This document shows, in pieces, positions 13,150-21,767 of a stretch of 60,421 bases of DNA. Positions within the stretch are counted from its first letter, which is position 1. The number at the start of each line of letters is the position of its first letter. Source of the DNA: Gemmatimonadota bacterium (lineage in GTDB: Bacteria > Gemmatimonadota > Gemmatimonadetes > Gemmatimonadales > GWC2-71-9); assembly GCA_003246755.1 (NCBI GenBank), contig QKDC01000028.1, forward strand, positions 1 to 60,421, written 5' to 3'. The position numbers were made by a program, and so were the translations under genes. Under the pieces are notes generated by a model that was given only the letters and a program-made list of their open reading frames with translations, made no database searches and was not told the DNA's origin.

Positions 13150-14571
13150 ATGCTTTTTCGTTTGTTCTACGACCAGCAACTTGCGCAAGCGAGCTATCTC
13201 ATCGGATGCCAGGCGACCGGTGAAGGGATCGTGGTCGATCCGACACGAGACATCGAGCCGTACCTCGCGGTCGCGGCGGACGAGGGGATGCGGATCACGG
13301 CCGTGACGGAAACCCACATCCACGCCGACTTCGTTTCGGGTGCCCGTGAGCTGTCGGCGAAGACTCAGGCCACGATGTACCTCTCTGACAGCGGACCCGA
13401 CGAATGGAAGTATGCGTTCCGGGCCGACCCACTCGTGACCCCGATCGTCCACGGCGACCGCATCTCCATCGGGAACATCATTCTGGAAGCGGTCCACACC
13501 CCGGGGCATACCCCCGAGCATCTGAGCTTCCTCGTCACCGACGGGGCCACCTCCACCGAGCCGATGGGTATCCTCACGGGGGACTTTGTGTTCGTGGGTG
13601 ACGTTGGTCGACCCGACCTCTTGGAGAAGGCTGCCCGGGTTGCCGGCGCGAGTGACGGTGCGGCACGACAACTCTTCAAGAGTCTCACCTGGTTCAGGCA
13701 GCTCCCAGCCCATTGGCAGGTGTGGCCTGGACATGGGGCTGGATCGGCATGCGGGAAGGGGATCGGTGCTGTACCGCAGTCCACCGTGGGGTATGAGCTG
13801 CGTACGAACTGGGCGATGGGCATCGATGATGAGCAGGCGTTCGTGGATCAAGTCCTCTTCGGCCAGCCCGAGCCTCCGGCCTACTTTGGGGTGATGAAGA
13901 TCCTCAATCGGGATGGCCCAACAGTGCTTGATGGCTTCCCCTCACCAGCAATGATAGGCGTGGGTGATCTCGAGCATGTCCTCGCTGGTGGGGGAATCGT
14001 CGTGGACACGAGATCGATCGAGGCCTTTGCCGCAGAACACATCCCTGGTTGTCTCAATATCCCTCTCGATCGTGCCTTTGCGACCTCAGCCGGGTCGATC
14101 CTGCCGTACGACAAAGACTTCGTCCTGCTGGTCGATGAGCCGATGCCCAGCCTCGACCTGGCCATCCGGAGCCTGGTCATGATCGGACTCGATCGCGTGA
14201 GTGGTTATCTCCACACCAGTGCTGTCAATGAATGGAAAGAGAGTGGAAGACGCATGGCTTTTGTCCCTCAGGTGCGGGGGGAGGATCTCCAAGAGCGACT
14301 CGGCAAGGAAACCTTCCTCCTCGACGTCCGTGGGGAGACGGAGTGGCGTGCGGGACACATCGACTCTGCGACGCTGATCCCGCTCCCCGAATTGCGACGG
14401 CGATTGCAGGAAGTCCCTCGCGACCGACCGGTGCTGGTGCACTGCCAGGGAGGCGGGCGATCGGCCATCGCCGCCAGCGTCCTCCTCGCCAACGGGTGGC
14501 CCGATGTGTCAAACGTCTCCGGCGGGTTCTCGGCGTGGCTCCAAGCTGGCCGACCCGCGCTGTCCTCCTAG
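13150..14571 (+). CDS. MBL-fold persulfide dioxygenase-rhodanese fusion (CstB-like)
   Basis: THIHADF, HTPGHTPE, GDVGRPD, PGHGAGSACG, and two rhodanese domains, the last with the active-site motif HCQGGGRS. Confidence 0.9.
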   Translation: MLFRLFYDQQLAQASYLIGCQATGEGIVVDPTRDIEPYLAVAADEGMRITAVTETHIHADFVSGARELSAKTQATMYLSDSGPDEWKYAFRADPLVTPIVHGDRISIGNIILEAVHTPGHTPEHLSFLVTDGATSTEPMGILTGDFVFVGDVGRPDLLEKAARVAGASDGAARQLFKSLTWFRQLPAHWQVWPGHGAGSACGKGIGAVPQSTVGYELRTNWAMGIDDEQAFVDQVLFGQPEPPAYFGVMKILNRDGPTVLDGFPSPAMIGVGDLEHVLAGGGIVVDTRSIEAFAAEHIPGCLNIPLDRAFATSAGSILPYDKDFVLLVDEPMPSLDLAIRSLVMIGLDRVSGYLHTSAVNEWKESGRRMAFVPQVRGEDLQERLGKETFLLDVRGETEWRAGHIDSATLIPLPELRRRLQEVPRDRPVLVHCQGGGRSAIAASVLLANGWPDVSNVSGGFSAWLQAGRPALSS

Positions 14572-14617
14572 GGCACTCGGCCGACTGTGGGACGGGGCCG
14601 GGGTGTCGTGAAGCGGC

Positions 14618-15463
14618 TCAGGCGACGACCGGATCTGCCTTCCAGAGGTAGTTGGGTCGAACATAGGCAAGTTCGAATCCCAGTCGCCGGAGATTGTGGA
14701 ACGAGGGTGCGCGGCGATCGGTCTTGTCCTCTGCCGTTTCCACGACGAGACGTTTGACGCCGAGACTCTTGGCATCCGCGATGCGACGCGCCAGCAAGGC
14801 GCTCTGAGCACCCCGGCCTCGATGGGCAGGGTCGGTCGCGGCAAACCCCAGCCACCCAGCGCTACCTTCGACATACAAGGCCCCTCCGGCAACAGGAACG
14901 CCGTCGTCGAGCGCGAGATACTGGCGCCAGGCCGGTCGTCCCACCGTGGCCGAGATCCAAGGCCGAGTGGCATCGGGCAGACCGAATCCACGGGCGACGA
15001 TGGCGGCGAACTCGTGTGACCGTCCAGCCCCAATCCGCTCGACAGTGAGGTCGGTCACGATCCGCGGCTGATCCTCAGTCGTTCGCGTGAGTTTGACCCA
15101 ATTGTTGTAGTGGAACAATCCACGAGACCTGAGCCACTCCGGAAGGAGCGAGGGTTGGGTACCGGGAGCCATTTGAACAAAGAACCGGGGGGTTCCGGCT
15201 TCACGATACCAGGCGATGAGTTCATCGATGACTTCGGTACTTGCCGGGGTCTCCAGCCCTAGTCCGATGACCCGGTTGAACATGAGGACATCGATCCTGT
15301 GAGCCATGATCGCCAGTCCTCCGCCGACTCGACGCGTTTGCACACCGAGCAAGTCGGCCTCACGTGGGGGGAGAACCCCGGCGAAGGCCGCGGCGCTCGC
15401 CGCGTCCATGGACTCCAGCACTGAGATCAGGTCACGACCCTCGTGCGTCACGAGACGGCCCAC
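14618..15463 (-). CDS. GNAT family N-acetyltransferase
   Basis: C-terminal acetyl-CoA motif TDPAHRGRGAQSAL...HNLRRLGF. Confidence 0.85.
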   Translation of the reverse strand: MGRLVTHEGRDLISVLESMDAASAAAFAGVLPPREADLLGVQTRRVGGGLAIMAHRIDVLMFNRVIGLGLETPASTEVIDELIAWYREAGTPRFFVQMAPGTQPSLLPEWLRSRGLFHYNNWVKLTRTTEDQPRIVTDLTVERIGAGRSHEFAAIVARGFGLPDATRPWISATVGRPAWRQYLALDDGVPVAGGALYVEGSAGWLGFAATDPAHRGRGAQSALLARRIADAKSLGVKRLVVETAEDKTDRRAPSFHNLRRLGFELAYVRPNYLWKADPVVA

Positions 15464-15577
15464 GATAAGCAGGGTGTACCCCCGAACTGGACGACGGAGG
15501 GCTCACGGTCGGGTGGATCGGGGAGGGCAAGCATCACCTCCGAATCCTGTCCACACGGGGCCTTGACCGCTAGTACC

Positions 15578-15622
15578 CCAAAGAAGAGCGGCCGGCCCAC
15601 CACCTGGTGAACCGGCCGCTCT
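15578..15622 (-). terminator. Intrinsic terminator after csp
   Basis: 11-bp stem AGAGCGGCCGG/CCGGCCGCTCT followed by TCTTT on the minus strand, about 25 nt after the csp stop. Confidence 0.7.
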
Positions 15623-15647
15623 CGTGCCGCTAATGGTTCCTCGCGGT

Positions 15648-15860
15648 CTATCGTCCGAGCTTGACGACGTTCTCGGCCGCCGGACCCTTGGCGCCCTGAA
15701 CGATGTCGAACTCAACCCGCTCACCCTCGGCGAGGGTCTTGAAACCCTCGGCCTGGATGGCCGAATGATGGACGAAACAGTCCTTCTGTCCATCTTCGGG
15801 CGTCACGAAACCAAATCCCTTGGCATCGTTGAACCACTTTACAGTACCGGTCGTACGCAT
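15648..15860 (-). CDS. csp: Cold-shock protein (CspA family)
   Basis: KWFN, RNP1 KGFGFV, RNP2 [13 protein letters not shown]; AAGGAG Shine-Dalgarno. Confidence 0.97.
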   Translation of the reverse strand: MRTTGTVKWFNDAKGFGFVTPEDGQKDCFVHHSAIQAEGFKTLAEGERVEFDIVQGAKGPAAENVVKLGR

Positions 15861-16035
15861 TCCCTACTCCTTCTGTGGTGTAATCGGAGTCCGGGCATGC
15901 CGTACAAGCCGACTACGAGTGTTTTCCCCGTGAATAGCCTCACGGGCGGCTTGCGATTGGAGCCAAGAAAAAAGGCCGGCAGATTGCCAAGCCACGAGGC
16001 CCTCGGAAATTCCATGCATTCGCATGGTATCGCAG
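15861..16035 (-). promoter_or_regulatory. Long structured 5' leader of csp
   Basis: About 175 nt between the promoter and the ATG, with several stems including a hairpin followed by TTTTTTCTT. Confidence 0.55.
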
Positions 16036-16041
16036 ACACGG

Positions 16042-16070
16042 AATATACGCCCCGGGGGTGCAAACAGCAA
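16042..16070 (-). promoter_or_regulatory. Sigma70-type promoter of csp
   Basis: TTGCTG (16070-16065), 17-nt spacer, TATATT (16047-16042). Confidence 0.6.
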
Positions 16071-16189
16071 CGCTTTTCCCTCGTGGAGACTTGACCCCTC
16101 GCTGCGGGTCGGCCTGATTAGAGGATCCTCAGGACCCGCGTTGAGCCGGTTCCGGCATGGACAACAAACCTGGCACGACAGGAGGTATC

Positions 16190-16651
16190 ATGCGTTTTCG
16201 CGTCTTAGCACTTGCCGCCGGAGCCCTGGCGGTGGGAGTCATGACCATCGCCCGTCTTACTCCGGCACAGGCCGAGGTGCAGAGCCCGGTGGTTACCGTC
16301 TACAAGTCCCCCACCTGCGGGTGCTGTGGCAAGTGGATTGAGCATATGAAGGCCAATGGGTTCGAAGTACGCGCGGTGGATCTCGATGACCTCACGGAAG
16401 TGAAGCAAGCGAGCGGTGTTCCGATTCCCCTCCGAACCTGTCACACGGCCCTCGTAGGTGACTATGTGGTTGAAGGTCATGTCCCCGCCGACCTCGTGAA
16501 GAAGATGCTGGCCGAGAAACCAAATGCGGCTGGTCTGGCCGTTCCCGGGATGCCGATAGGGTCACCTGGCATGGAGGGCACCCCGAAGCAAGCCTACGAT
16601 GTGCTGCTCTTCCAGAAGGACGGGAAGACCAGCATCTTCGCGAAGCGCTAG
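16190..16651 (+). CDS. DUF411 (CopG-like) periplasmic metal-binding protein
   Basis: Signal peptide; YKSPTCGCC, CHTA, EGHVPA and GLAVPGMPIGSPGME motifs; AGGAGG Shine-Dalgarno. Confidence 0.9.
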   Translation: MRFRVLALAAGALAVGVMTIARLTPAQAEVQSPVVTVYKSPTCGCCGKWIEHMKANGFEVRAVDLDDLTEVKQASGVPIPLRTCHTALVGDYVVEGHVPADLVKKMLAEKPNAAGLAVPGMPIGSPGMEGTPKQAYDVLLFQKDGKTSIFAKR

Positions 16652-16670
16652 GCGAAGAGGGACGATCCCG

Positions 16671-17267
16671 CTAGCGAGGGACTAGCGGGATCTCCACCCT
16701 TGTTCGTTCCCACTCGACCACCAGCAGCACGGTATCCTGTACCGGCATGGTGGTCATCGTCAGGGCTTCAACGAAATCGCTGGTTGCCTTGGTCCCGACG
16801 GTAGTCCGGGCGATTTCCTTCTTCAGGACCTCCGGCGAGAAGTCCTTCCCCCAGTGGAATGTGGAGCCATTGACAGCGATCTCCCACGCATCCTCTCGGG
16901 GTGTTGCGTAGAGGGAGTACTTGCCCGCTGGCACCTCGATTCCCGCAATGGAGATCGGGATGGTGGTATAGAGTCTGGTGGGTTCGTTCGCACCGAGGCG
17001 CCATCGCTCGCCGAAATGGACGAGACTCCCGAAGACGGCCCGCCCCTTTGCGGAAGGTTGACCGTAGCAGAGCCGCGCCTCCCCGAAACCGATCCGGAAT
17101 TTCTGGCTGACCAGGGGGCTCTGTCTGGGTCGGAAGGACGACGGGCTGGTCCAGTCCCGCATACAGGGGGGGAGGGTCACGTTGACCGGCATGAATGTCA
17201 GGGTCGCGATTCCGAGCACCAGTGCCACAAGTAGGGCCGCGACCCAGCCCAGCAGTCTTCCAATCAC
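16671..17267 (-). CDS. DUF2911 family protein
   Basis: SP...YGQPSAKGR-x-VFG-x-LV...WRLGANE...AGKYSLY. Confidence 0.85.
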   Translation of the reverse strand: MIGRLLGWVAALLVALVLGIATLTFMPVNVTLPPCMRDWTSPSSFRPRQSPLVSQKFRIGFGEARLCYGQPSAKGRAVFGSLVHFGERWRLGANEPTRLYTTIPISIAGIEVPAGKYSLYATPREDAWEIAVNGSTFHWGKDFSPEVLKKEIARTTVGTKATSDFVEALTMTTMPVQDTVLLVVEWERTRVEIPLVPR

Positions 17268-17426
17268 GAGTTATCACCCCTCGTTCTGCACCGCTCAAAG
17301 GTGCGCTGGTCATCGAGCCAACCAATACCCGAAGAAAACCCGACAAGACACTCTCCTTCGGCCTTCAGGTCCACTATGGGCCTGGATCCTGCAATGGAGA
17401 CTCCCCGGAAGGAGGAGTGTATCGAC

Positions 17427-17849
17427 ATGATGAACCATGTCGTGGCCCATTTGAGCGACGGTACGATCGTCAAAGGCCTCTGCTTCGACATCGACGCGCA
17501 CAAGCCCTATTGTCACATCAAGACCAATGGTGAGGTGACGGAAGTCGCCCTTCAGGATCTCAAGGCCCTGTTCTTCGTCAGGGATCTCGAGGGTAATCCC
17601 AAGCGAGTCGATACCCAAGAGGCGGATCCTGGTGATTCGAGGCTGCGCGGAACGACGCAGGTCGAGGTGCGGTTCCTTGACAACGAACGCATCGTTGGAC
17701 TCTCCAACCGATACCCCCCCCGGGGGGCCTTCTTCTTCATTCTGCCCGTCGATCCGGCGAGCAACAACACGCGTGTTCTGATCAACGCTTCGGCGGTTCG
17801 TTCCATCGAACTGGTTCACCCCGAAGCGGCCACTGGCACGCACGGCTGA
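17427..17849 (+). CDS. Conserved hypothetical protein with two short internal beta-rich repeats
   Basis: Strong AAGGAGG Shine-Dalgarno; LKALFFVRD and VEVRFLDNERIVG...FFILPVDPASNN segments. Confidence 0.7.
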   Translation: MMNHVVAHLSDGTIVKGLCFDIDAHKPYCHIKTNGEVTEVALQDLKALFFVRDLEGNPKRVDTQEADPGDSRLRGTTQVEVRFLDNERIVGLSNRYPPRGAFFFILPVDPASNNTRVLINASAVRSIELVHPEAATGTHG

Positions 17850-17970
17850 GCCCTTGGCTCGCTGGGGTCGAGATCTCCCCTCCCGGGGACGGGCCCGATT
17901 CGCTCTGTGGGGATGGTGACCGTTATCTTTGGATTGTCCTGACACCGAGGCTTGAGGCGGTCCACCATCA

Positions 17971-19017
17971 ATGAGCACTTTTTCCGATATCAAGGACAAG
18001 TCCCTGGCGTCATGGCGCGAGATCGTCGCCCGGTATCAGACGCCGTCCACCTGGCGCAGTGTGGTGCAACTCTGCACCACCTTGGGTCCCCTCGTCCTGG
18101 CCTTCGTGGTCATGTACTTCCTTGCACGGGTCAATTACTGGCTCACCCTCCCTGTGGCCATCGTGGCCGCGGGGTTTCTGATCCGCACCTTCATCATCAT
18201 GCATGACTGTGGTCACGGGTCCTTTTTCCGTTCCCGTCGGGCCAACGATATCGTGGGGTTCATTACTGGTGTCCTGACCTTGACACCTTACGTGCAGTGG
18301 CGGCGAGATCACGCCATCCATCATGCGACCTCGGGGCACTTGGATGAGCGCGGTTTTGGTGACATTGCCACCCTGACGGTGCGAGAGTACTTGGACCTCA
18401 GTCGCTGGCGTCGATTCTGTTACCGAGTGTATCGCAATCCGCTCATTCTTCTTGGGGTCGGCCCGATCGCCCTGATCCTCCGCCACCGGGTGCACAATCC
18501 CAAGTCGGCCGGGCGGAAGGAGATCGTGAACGTCTACGCGACGAACCTGGCGATTCTTGTTGTGTTTACCCTGGCCTCCCTCGTGGTCGGTCCCTGGAAG
18601 GTGCTCTCACTCTACGGACCTGCGATGTTCCTGGCCGCTGCGGCAGGCATCTGGTTGTTCTACGTCCAGCATCAGTTCGAGGATACCTATTGGGCGGAGG
18701 CGGGGGAGTGGGACTATACGATCGCGGCTGTGGAGGGGAGTTCGTTCTACCGACTCCCGCGGGTGCTCGATTGGATAACGGGGAGCATTGGATTCCATCA
18801 TGTCCACCACCTCAGTCCCAGAATCCCCAACTACAACTTGCGCCGGTGTCATAACGAGAACCCGTTGTTCCAGCGGGCCCGAGTGCTGACCGTCTGGGAG
18901 AGTGCCAAGACCTTTTCCCTGAAGGTGTTCGACGAGGAACGCAAGCGCCTCATCGGTTGGCGTGAACTCCGACGCATCCGGGCCTCCGCAGGCCGCGCGG
19001 TGGCCCCCGGCCGCTGA
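17971..19017 (+). CDS. Membrane fatty acid desaturase (Bacillus Des-like)
   Basis: His boxes HDCGH, HAIHH and HHVHH, plus FYVQHQFE. Confidence 0.93.
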   Translation: MSTFSDIKDKSLASWREIVARYQTPSTWRSVVQLCTTLGPLVLAFVVMYFLARVNYWLTLPVAIVAAGFLIRTFIIMHDCGHGSFFRSRRANDIVGFITGVLTLTPYVQWRRDHAIHHATSGHLDERGFGDIATLTVREYLDLSRWRRFCYRVYRNPLILLGVGPIALILRHRVHNPKSAGRKEIVNVYATNLAILVVFTLASLVVGPWKVLSLYGPAMFLAAAAGIWLFYVQHQFEDTYWAEAGEWDYTIAAVEGSSFYRLPRVLDWITGSIGFHHVHHLSPRIPNYNLRRCHNENPLFQRARVLTVWESAKTFSLKVFDEERKRLIGWRELRRIRASAGRAVAPGR

Positions 19018-19073
19018 TCGCCGTCCCGGTTCGTCCCGATTCGTTCGACCCATGGCCGCCCTCGGGCGGCCAT

Positions 19074-19102
19074 TTGACATCCCGGGGTGCGTCGTCCACT
19101 AT
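19074..19102 (+). promoter_or_regulatory. Sigma70-type promoter of the EF-G paralog operon
   Basis: Perfect TTGACA (19074-79), 17-nt spacer, CACTAT (19097-102); AGGAGG before the ATG at 19136. Confidence 0.6.
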
Positions 19103-19135
19103 CCCTATCCCCTTTTCTCAGGAGGCCGGGACCGC

Positions 19136-21181
19136 ATGAAGGTCTATGACACAACGGCGATCCGGAACGTGGCGTTCGTGGGGCACGGATCCTCCGGCAA
19201 GACCACCCTGGTGGATGCCCTCGCGTTCGTTTCCGGATCGAGCCGCAGACATGGCACCATCCAAGATGGCACCACCCTCACCGATCACACTGCCGACGAA
19301 ATTGAGCGCCAACACTCCATTGGCCTCAGTCTGGGCATTGCCGAGTGGGAGGGCGCCAAGATCAACCTGATCGACGTCCCGGGCTACCTGGATTTCATGG
19401 GGGAAGTGGTGACCGGGTTGTACACGGCCGACGCGGCCGTCGTCGTGATCAGCGGCGCCAGCGGCGTCGAGGTCGGCACCGAGAAGACATGGCAGATCTG
19501 CGACGAACGCCACCTGCCCCGTATCATCTTCGTGTCACAAATGGACAAGGAACGCGCTGATTTCGACCGCGTATTCGATGACGTCAAGGAGCATTTGTCG
19601 CCCAAGGTCGTGCCCGTCGAGATCCCCGTCGGGTCAGGAACCGAGTTTCGGGGGATCATCAATCTGCTGACCGGGAAGACCCACCTGTACAAGGCGGGTA
19701 CCAAGTCCGGAGAATATGAAGAAGCAACGATTCCCGACGATCAGAAGGAGACATTTGCCAAGTACGACGAGCAACTCGTCGAGGCCATTGCCGCCACCGA
19801 CGACGACCTACTCGAACGGTACCTCGGCGGCGAAGAACTTCCGCGTGCCGACCTCGTCACCGTGCTCAAGAGGGGGATGGCCCAAGGGGAGATCGTACCC
19901 ATGCTCTGTGGGAGCGCTACACTGACCTACGGCATGCGGGCTCTGCTGACGGACATGGTCGAACTCTTCCCTTCACCGGACGAAGTGGCCCCTCCGGCGG
20001 AAGGCAAACTGGTCGCCCGGGTCTTCAAGACCGTCTCCGAGCCGCACGTGGGCGATGTCTCGCTCTTCCGACTCTACCGAGGCGGTGTCAAGAACGGACA
20101 AGAAATCTTCAACGCCGAACACTCGCTCGTGGAGAAACTCAACCACCTCACGGTGCAGCAGGGCAAGGATCGAATGGAAGTGGCGCGGCTCGCCGAGGGT
20201 GACATCGGTTCCGTCGCAAAACTGAAGGACACACACACCAACGACACCTTTTGTCTGGAAGCCAATCCCGTTCAGCTCGAGCCGATTCCCTTCCCGGAAC
20301 CAGTGGCACTGTCTGCGGTCGTGGTCAAACAGCGTGGTGAGGAAGACAAACTGGCGGCGGGTCTCCACAAGCTCCATGAGGAAGATCCCACCTTCAATTT
20401 CGAGTACAGTTCAGAGCTGGGGCAAACCCTGATCCATGGGATGGGTGAGCGACACTTCGATGTCATTCTCGGTCGCCTGGAGCGCAAGTTCGGAGTGCAT
20501 GCGGAGCTCCTGCGTCCCAAGGTTGCGTATCGGGAAACCATCAAGGGCAAGGGAGAAGGGCAGGGGAAGCACAAGAAACAATCTGGCGGCCGAGGACAGT
20601 ACGGAGACTGCAAGATCAGGCTGTCACCCCTTCCACGTGGGTCCGGGTATGAGTTCGTCGACAAAATCGTGGGCGGCGTGATACCCAACAAGTACATCCC
20701 TGCGGTGGATAAGGGGATCCGCGAGGCTGCGGTCCGAGGGGTCGTCGCGGGGTATCCCCTCGTCGACTTCCGTGCGGAGTGTTACGACGGATCCTATCAT
20801 GACGTCGATTCGAACGAGATGTCGTTCAAGATGGCGGGGATCCTGGCCTTCCGGAACGTTGCCCCAACTTGTCGCCCGGTTCTCCTCGAGCCCCTCTCCG
20901 ATATCGTGGTTTGGACTCCGGAAGACGTGCTCGGTGACGTGATGGGCGATCTCTCGGCGCGACGAGGTCAGATCCTGGGGACTGAACAAGACGGCCGCCT
21001 CCTCAAGGTGCTGGCCATCATCCCCGAGGCCGAATTGTATCGCTACAGTACCACACTGCATTCCATCACCCACGGTCGCGGTACGTACCGTCAGTCCTTC
21101 AGGGGGTATGCGGAAGCCCCGCCGGACGTCGCAGCCAAGGTCGCCGAGGAGAGCGCGAGGGAGAAAGAGGAAAAGAAGTAG
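19136..21181 (+). CDS. fusA2: Elongation factor G paralog (EF-G2 type)
   Basis: Full five-domain EF-G layout (GMGERH, VAYRETI, KQSGGRGQYG, DGSYHDVDS) with divergent G motifs, and not in the str operon. Confidence 0.9.
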   Translation: MKVYDTTAIRNVAFVGHGSSGKTTLVDALAFVSGSSRRHGTIQDGTTLTDHTADEIERQHSIGLSLGIAEWEGAKINLIDVPGYLDFMGEVVTGLYTADAAVVVISGASGVEVGTEKTWQICDERHLPRIIFVSQMDKERADFDRVFDDVKEHLSPKVVPVEIPVGSGTEFRGIINLLTGKTHLYKAGTKSGEYEEATIPDDQKETFAKYDEQLVEAIAATDDDLLERYLGGEELPRADLVTVLKRGMAQGEIVPMLCGSATLTYGMRALLTDMVELFPSPDEVAPPAEGKLVARVFKTVSEPHVGDVSLFRLYRGGVKNGQEIFNAEHSLVEKLNHLTVQQGKDRMEVARLAEGDIGSVAKLKDTHTNDTFCLEANPVQLEPIPFPEPVALSAVVVKQRGEEDKLAAGLHKLHEEDPTFNFEYSSELGQTLIHGMGERHFDVILGRLERKFGVHAELLRPKVAYRETIKGKGEGQGKHKKQSGGRGQYGDCKIRLSPLPRGSGYEFVDKIVGGVIPNKYIPAVDKGIREAAVRGVVAGYPLVDFRAECYDGSYHDVDSNEMSFKMAGILAFRNVAPTCRPVLLEPLSDIVVWTPEDVLGDVMGDLSARRGQILGTEQDGRLLKVLAIIPEAELYRYSTTLHSITHGRGTYRQSFRGYAEAPPDVAAKVAEESAREKEEKK

Positions 21182-21712
21182 GTGGCGTTCATTGGGTATG
21201 TGCCCGACGGGGACATCGACCCCGTGGACAACGTGCCGGACCACGACAACATCATTCGCATCCATGGTGTCCACAGCCGGACGATGCGGCAGCATTACGA
21301 GTTGTATGTCGAGTTGATGCATCGGCCGGGGCCTCTTGGCCGAGAGCAGCGTGAGATGATCGCGGTAATGGTGTCGGGTATCAATGGCTGCCGGTATTGA
21401 CTGCACCATCACGGAGCGGGCCTCCGTCGACTTCTCGAGGCACGAGGCCTTTCTTCGCAGGCTCAGGATCGCCTGATCGACGCCCTGGCGCGTGACCACA
21501 CGCGCGCGACGCTGAATCCTCCCGACCGGGCAATGCTGGATTACGCCCTCAAATTGACGGTCACGCCTGGCACGATGACGGCAACGGATGTCCAACCGCT
21601 GCGTGCGCAGGGCTTCAATGACAGAGCTATTCACGATATCTGTGCCGTGACGGCGTACTACGCCTTCGTCAATCGTATCGCCGATGGGCTCGGCGTTGAG
21701 CTGGAATCCTGA
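21182..21712 (+). CDS. AhpD-like / peroxidase-related selenoprotein (CxxU, Sec73), 176 aa
   Basis: In-frame TGA at 21398-21400 in NGCRY*LHHHG. The frame stays open for 103 more codons and reads as the typical C-terminal half of the family (MLDYALKLT..P...GFNDRAIHD...AYYAFVNRIADGLG). Confidence 0.88.
21409..21430 (+). promoter_or_regulatory. Bacterial SECIS-like hairpin
   Basis: Stem ACGGAG (21411-16)/CTCCGT (21422-27) with loop CGGGC, extended by TC/GA with a bulged C. The core stem begins at the 11th nt after the UGA. Confidence 0.75.
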
Positions 21713-21767
21713 ACCCGGCTCGAGCCTCTACCCAACATGCCGCGCCGGCCACCCGTATGAGCAGGCA

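Noticed and set aside
15624-16094. 156-aa ORF antisense to csp
   Set aside because: Antisense shadow of a highly conserved gene, with no independent support.
15648-19017. Cold-adaptation island (csp plus desaturase)
   Set aside because: The genes are on different strands, separated by unrelated genes, and share no visible regulatory motif.
21182-21400. 72-aa ORF as a complete protein or a nonsense pseudogene
   Set aside because: The stop falls on a catalytic Cys position, the downstream frame is intact and a SECIS-like hairpin follows, so Sec read-through is the better explanation.
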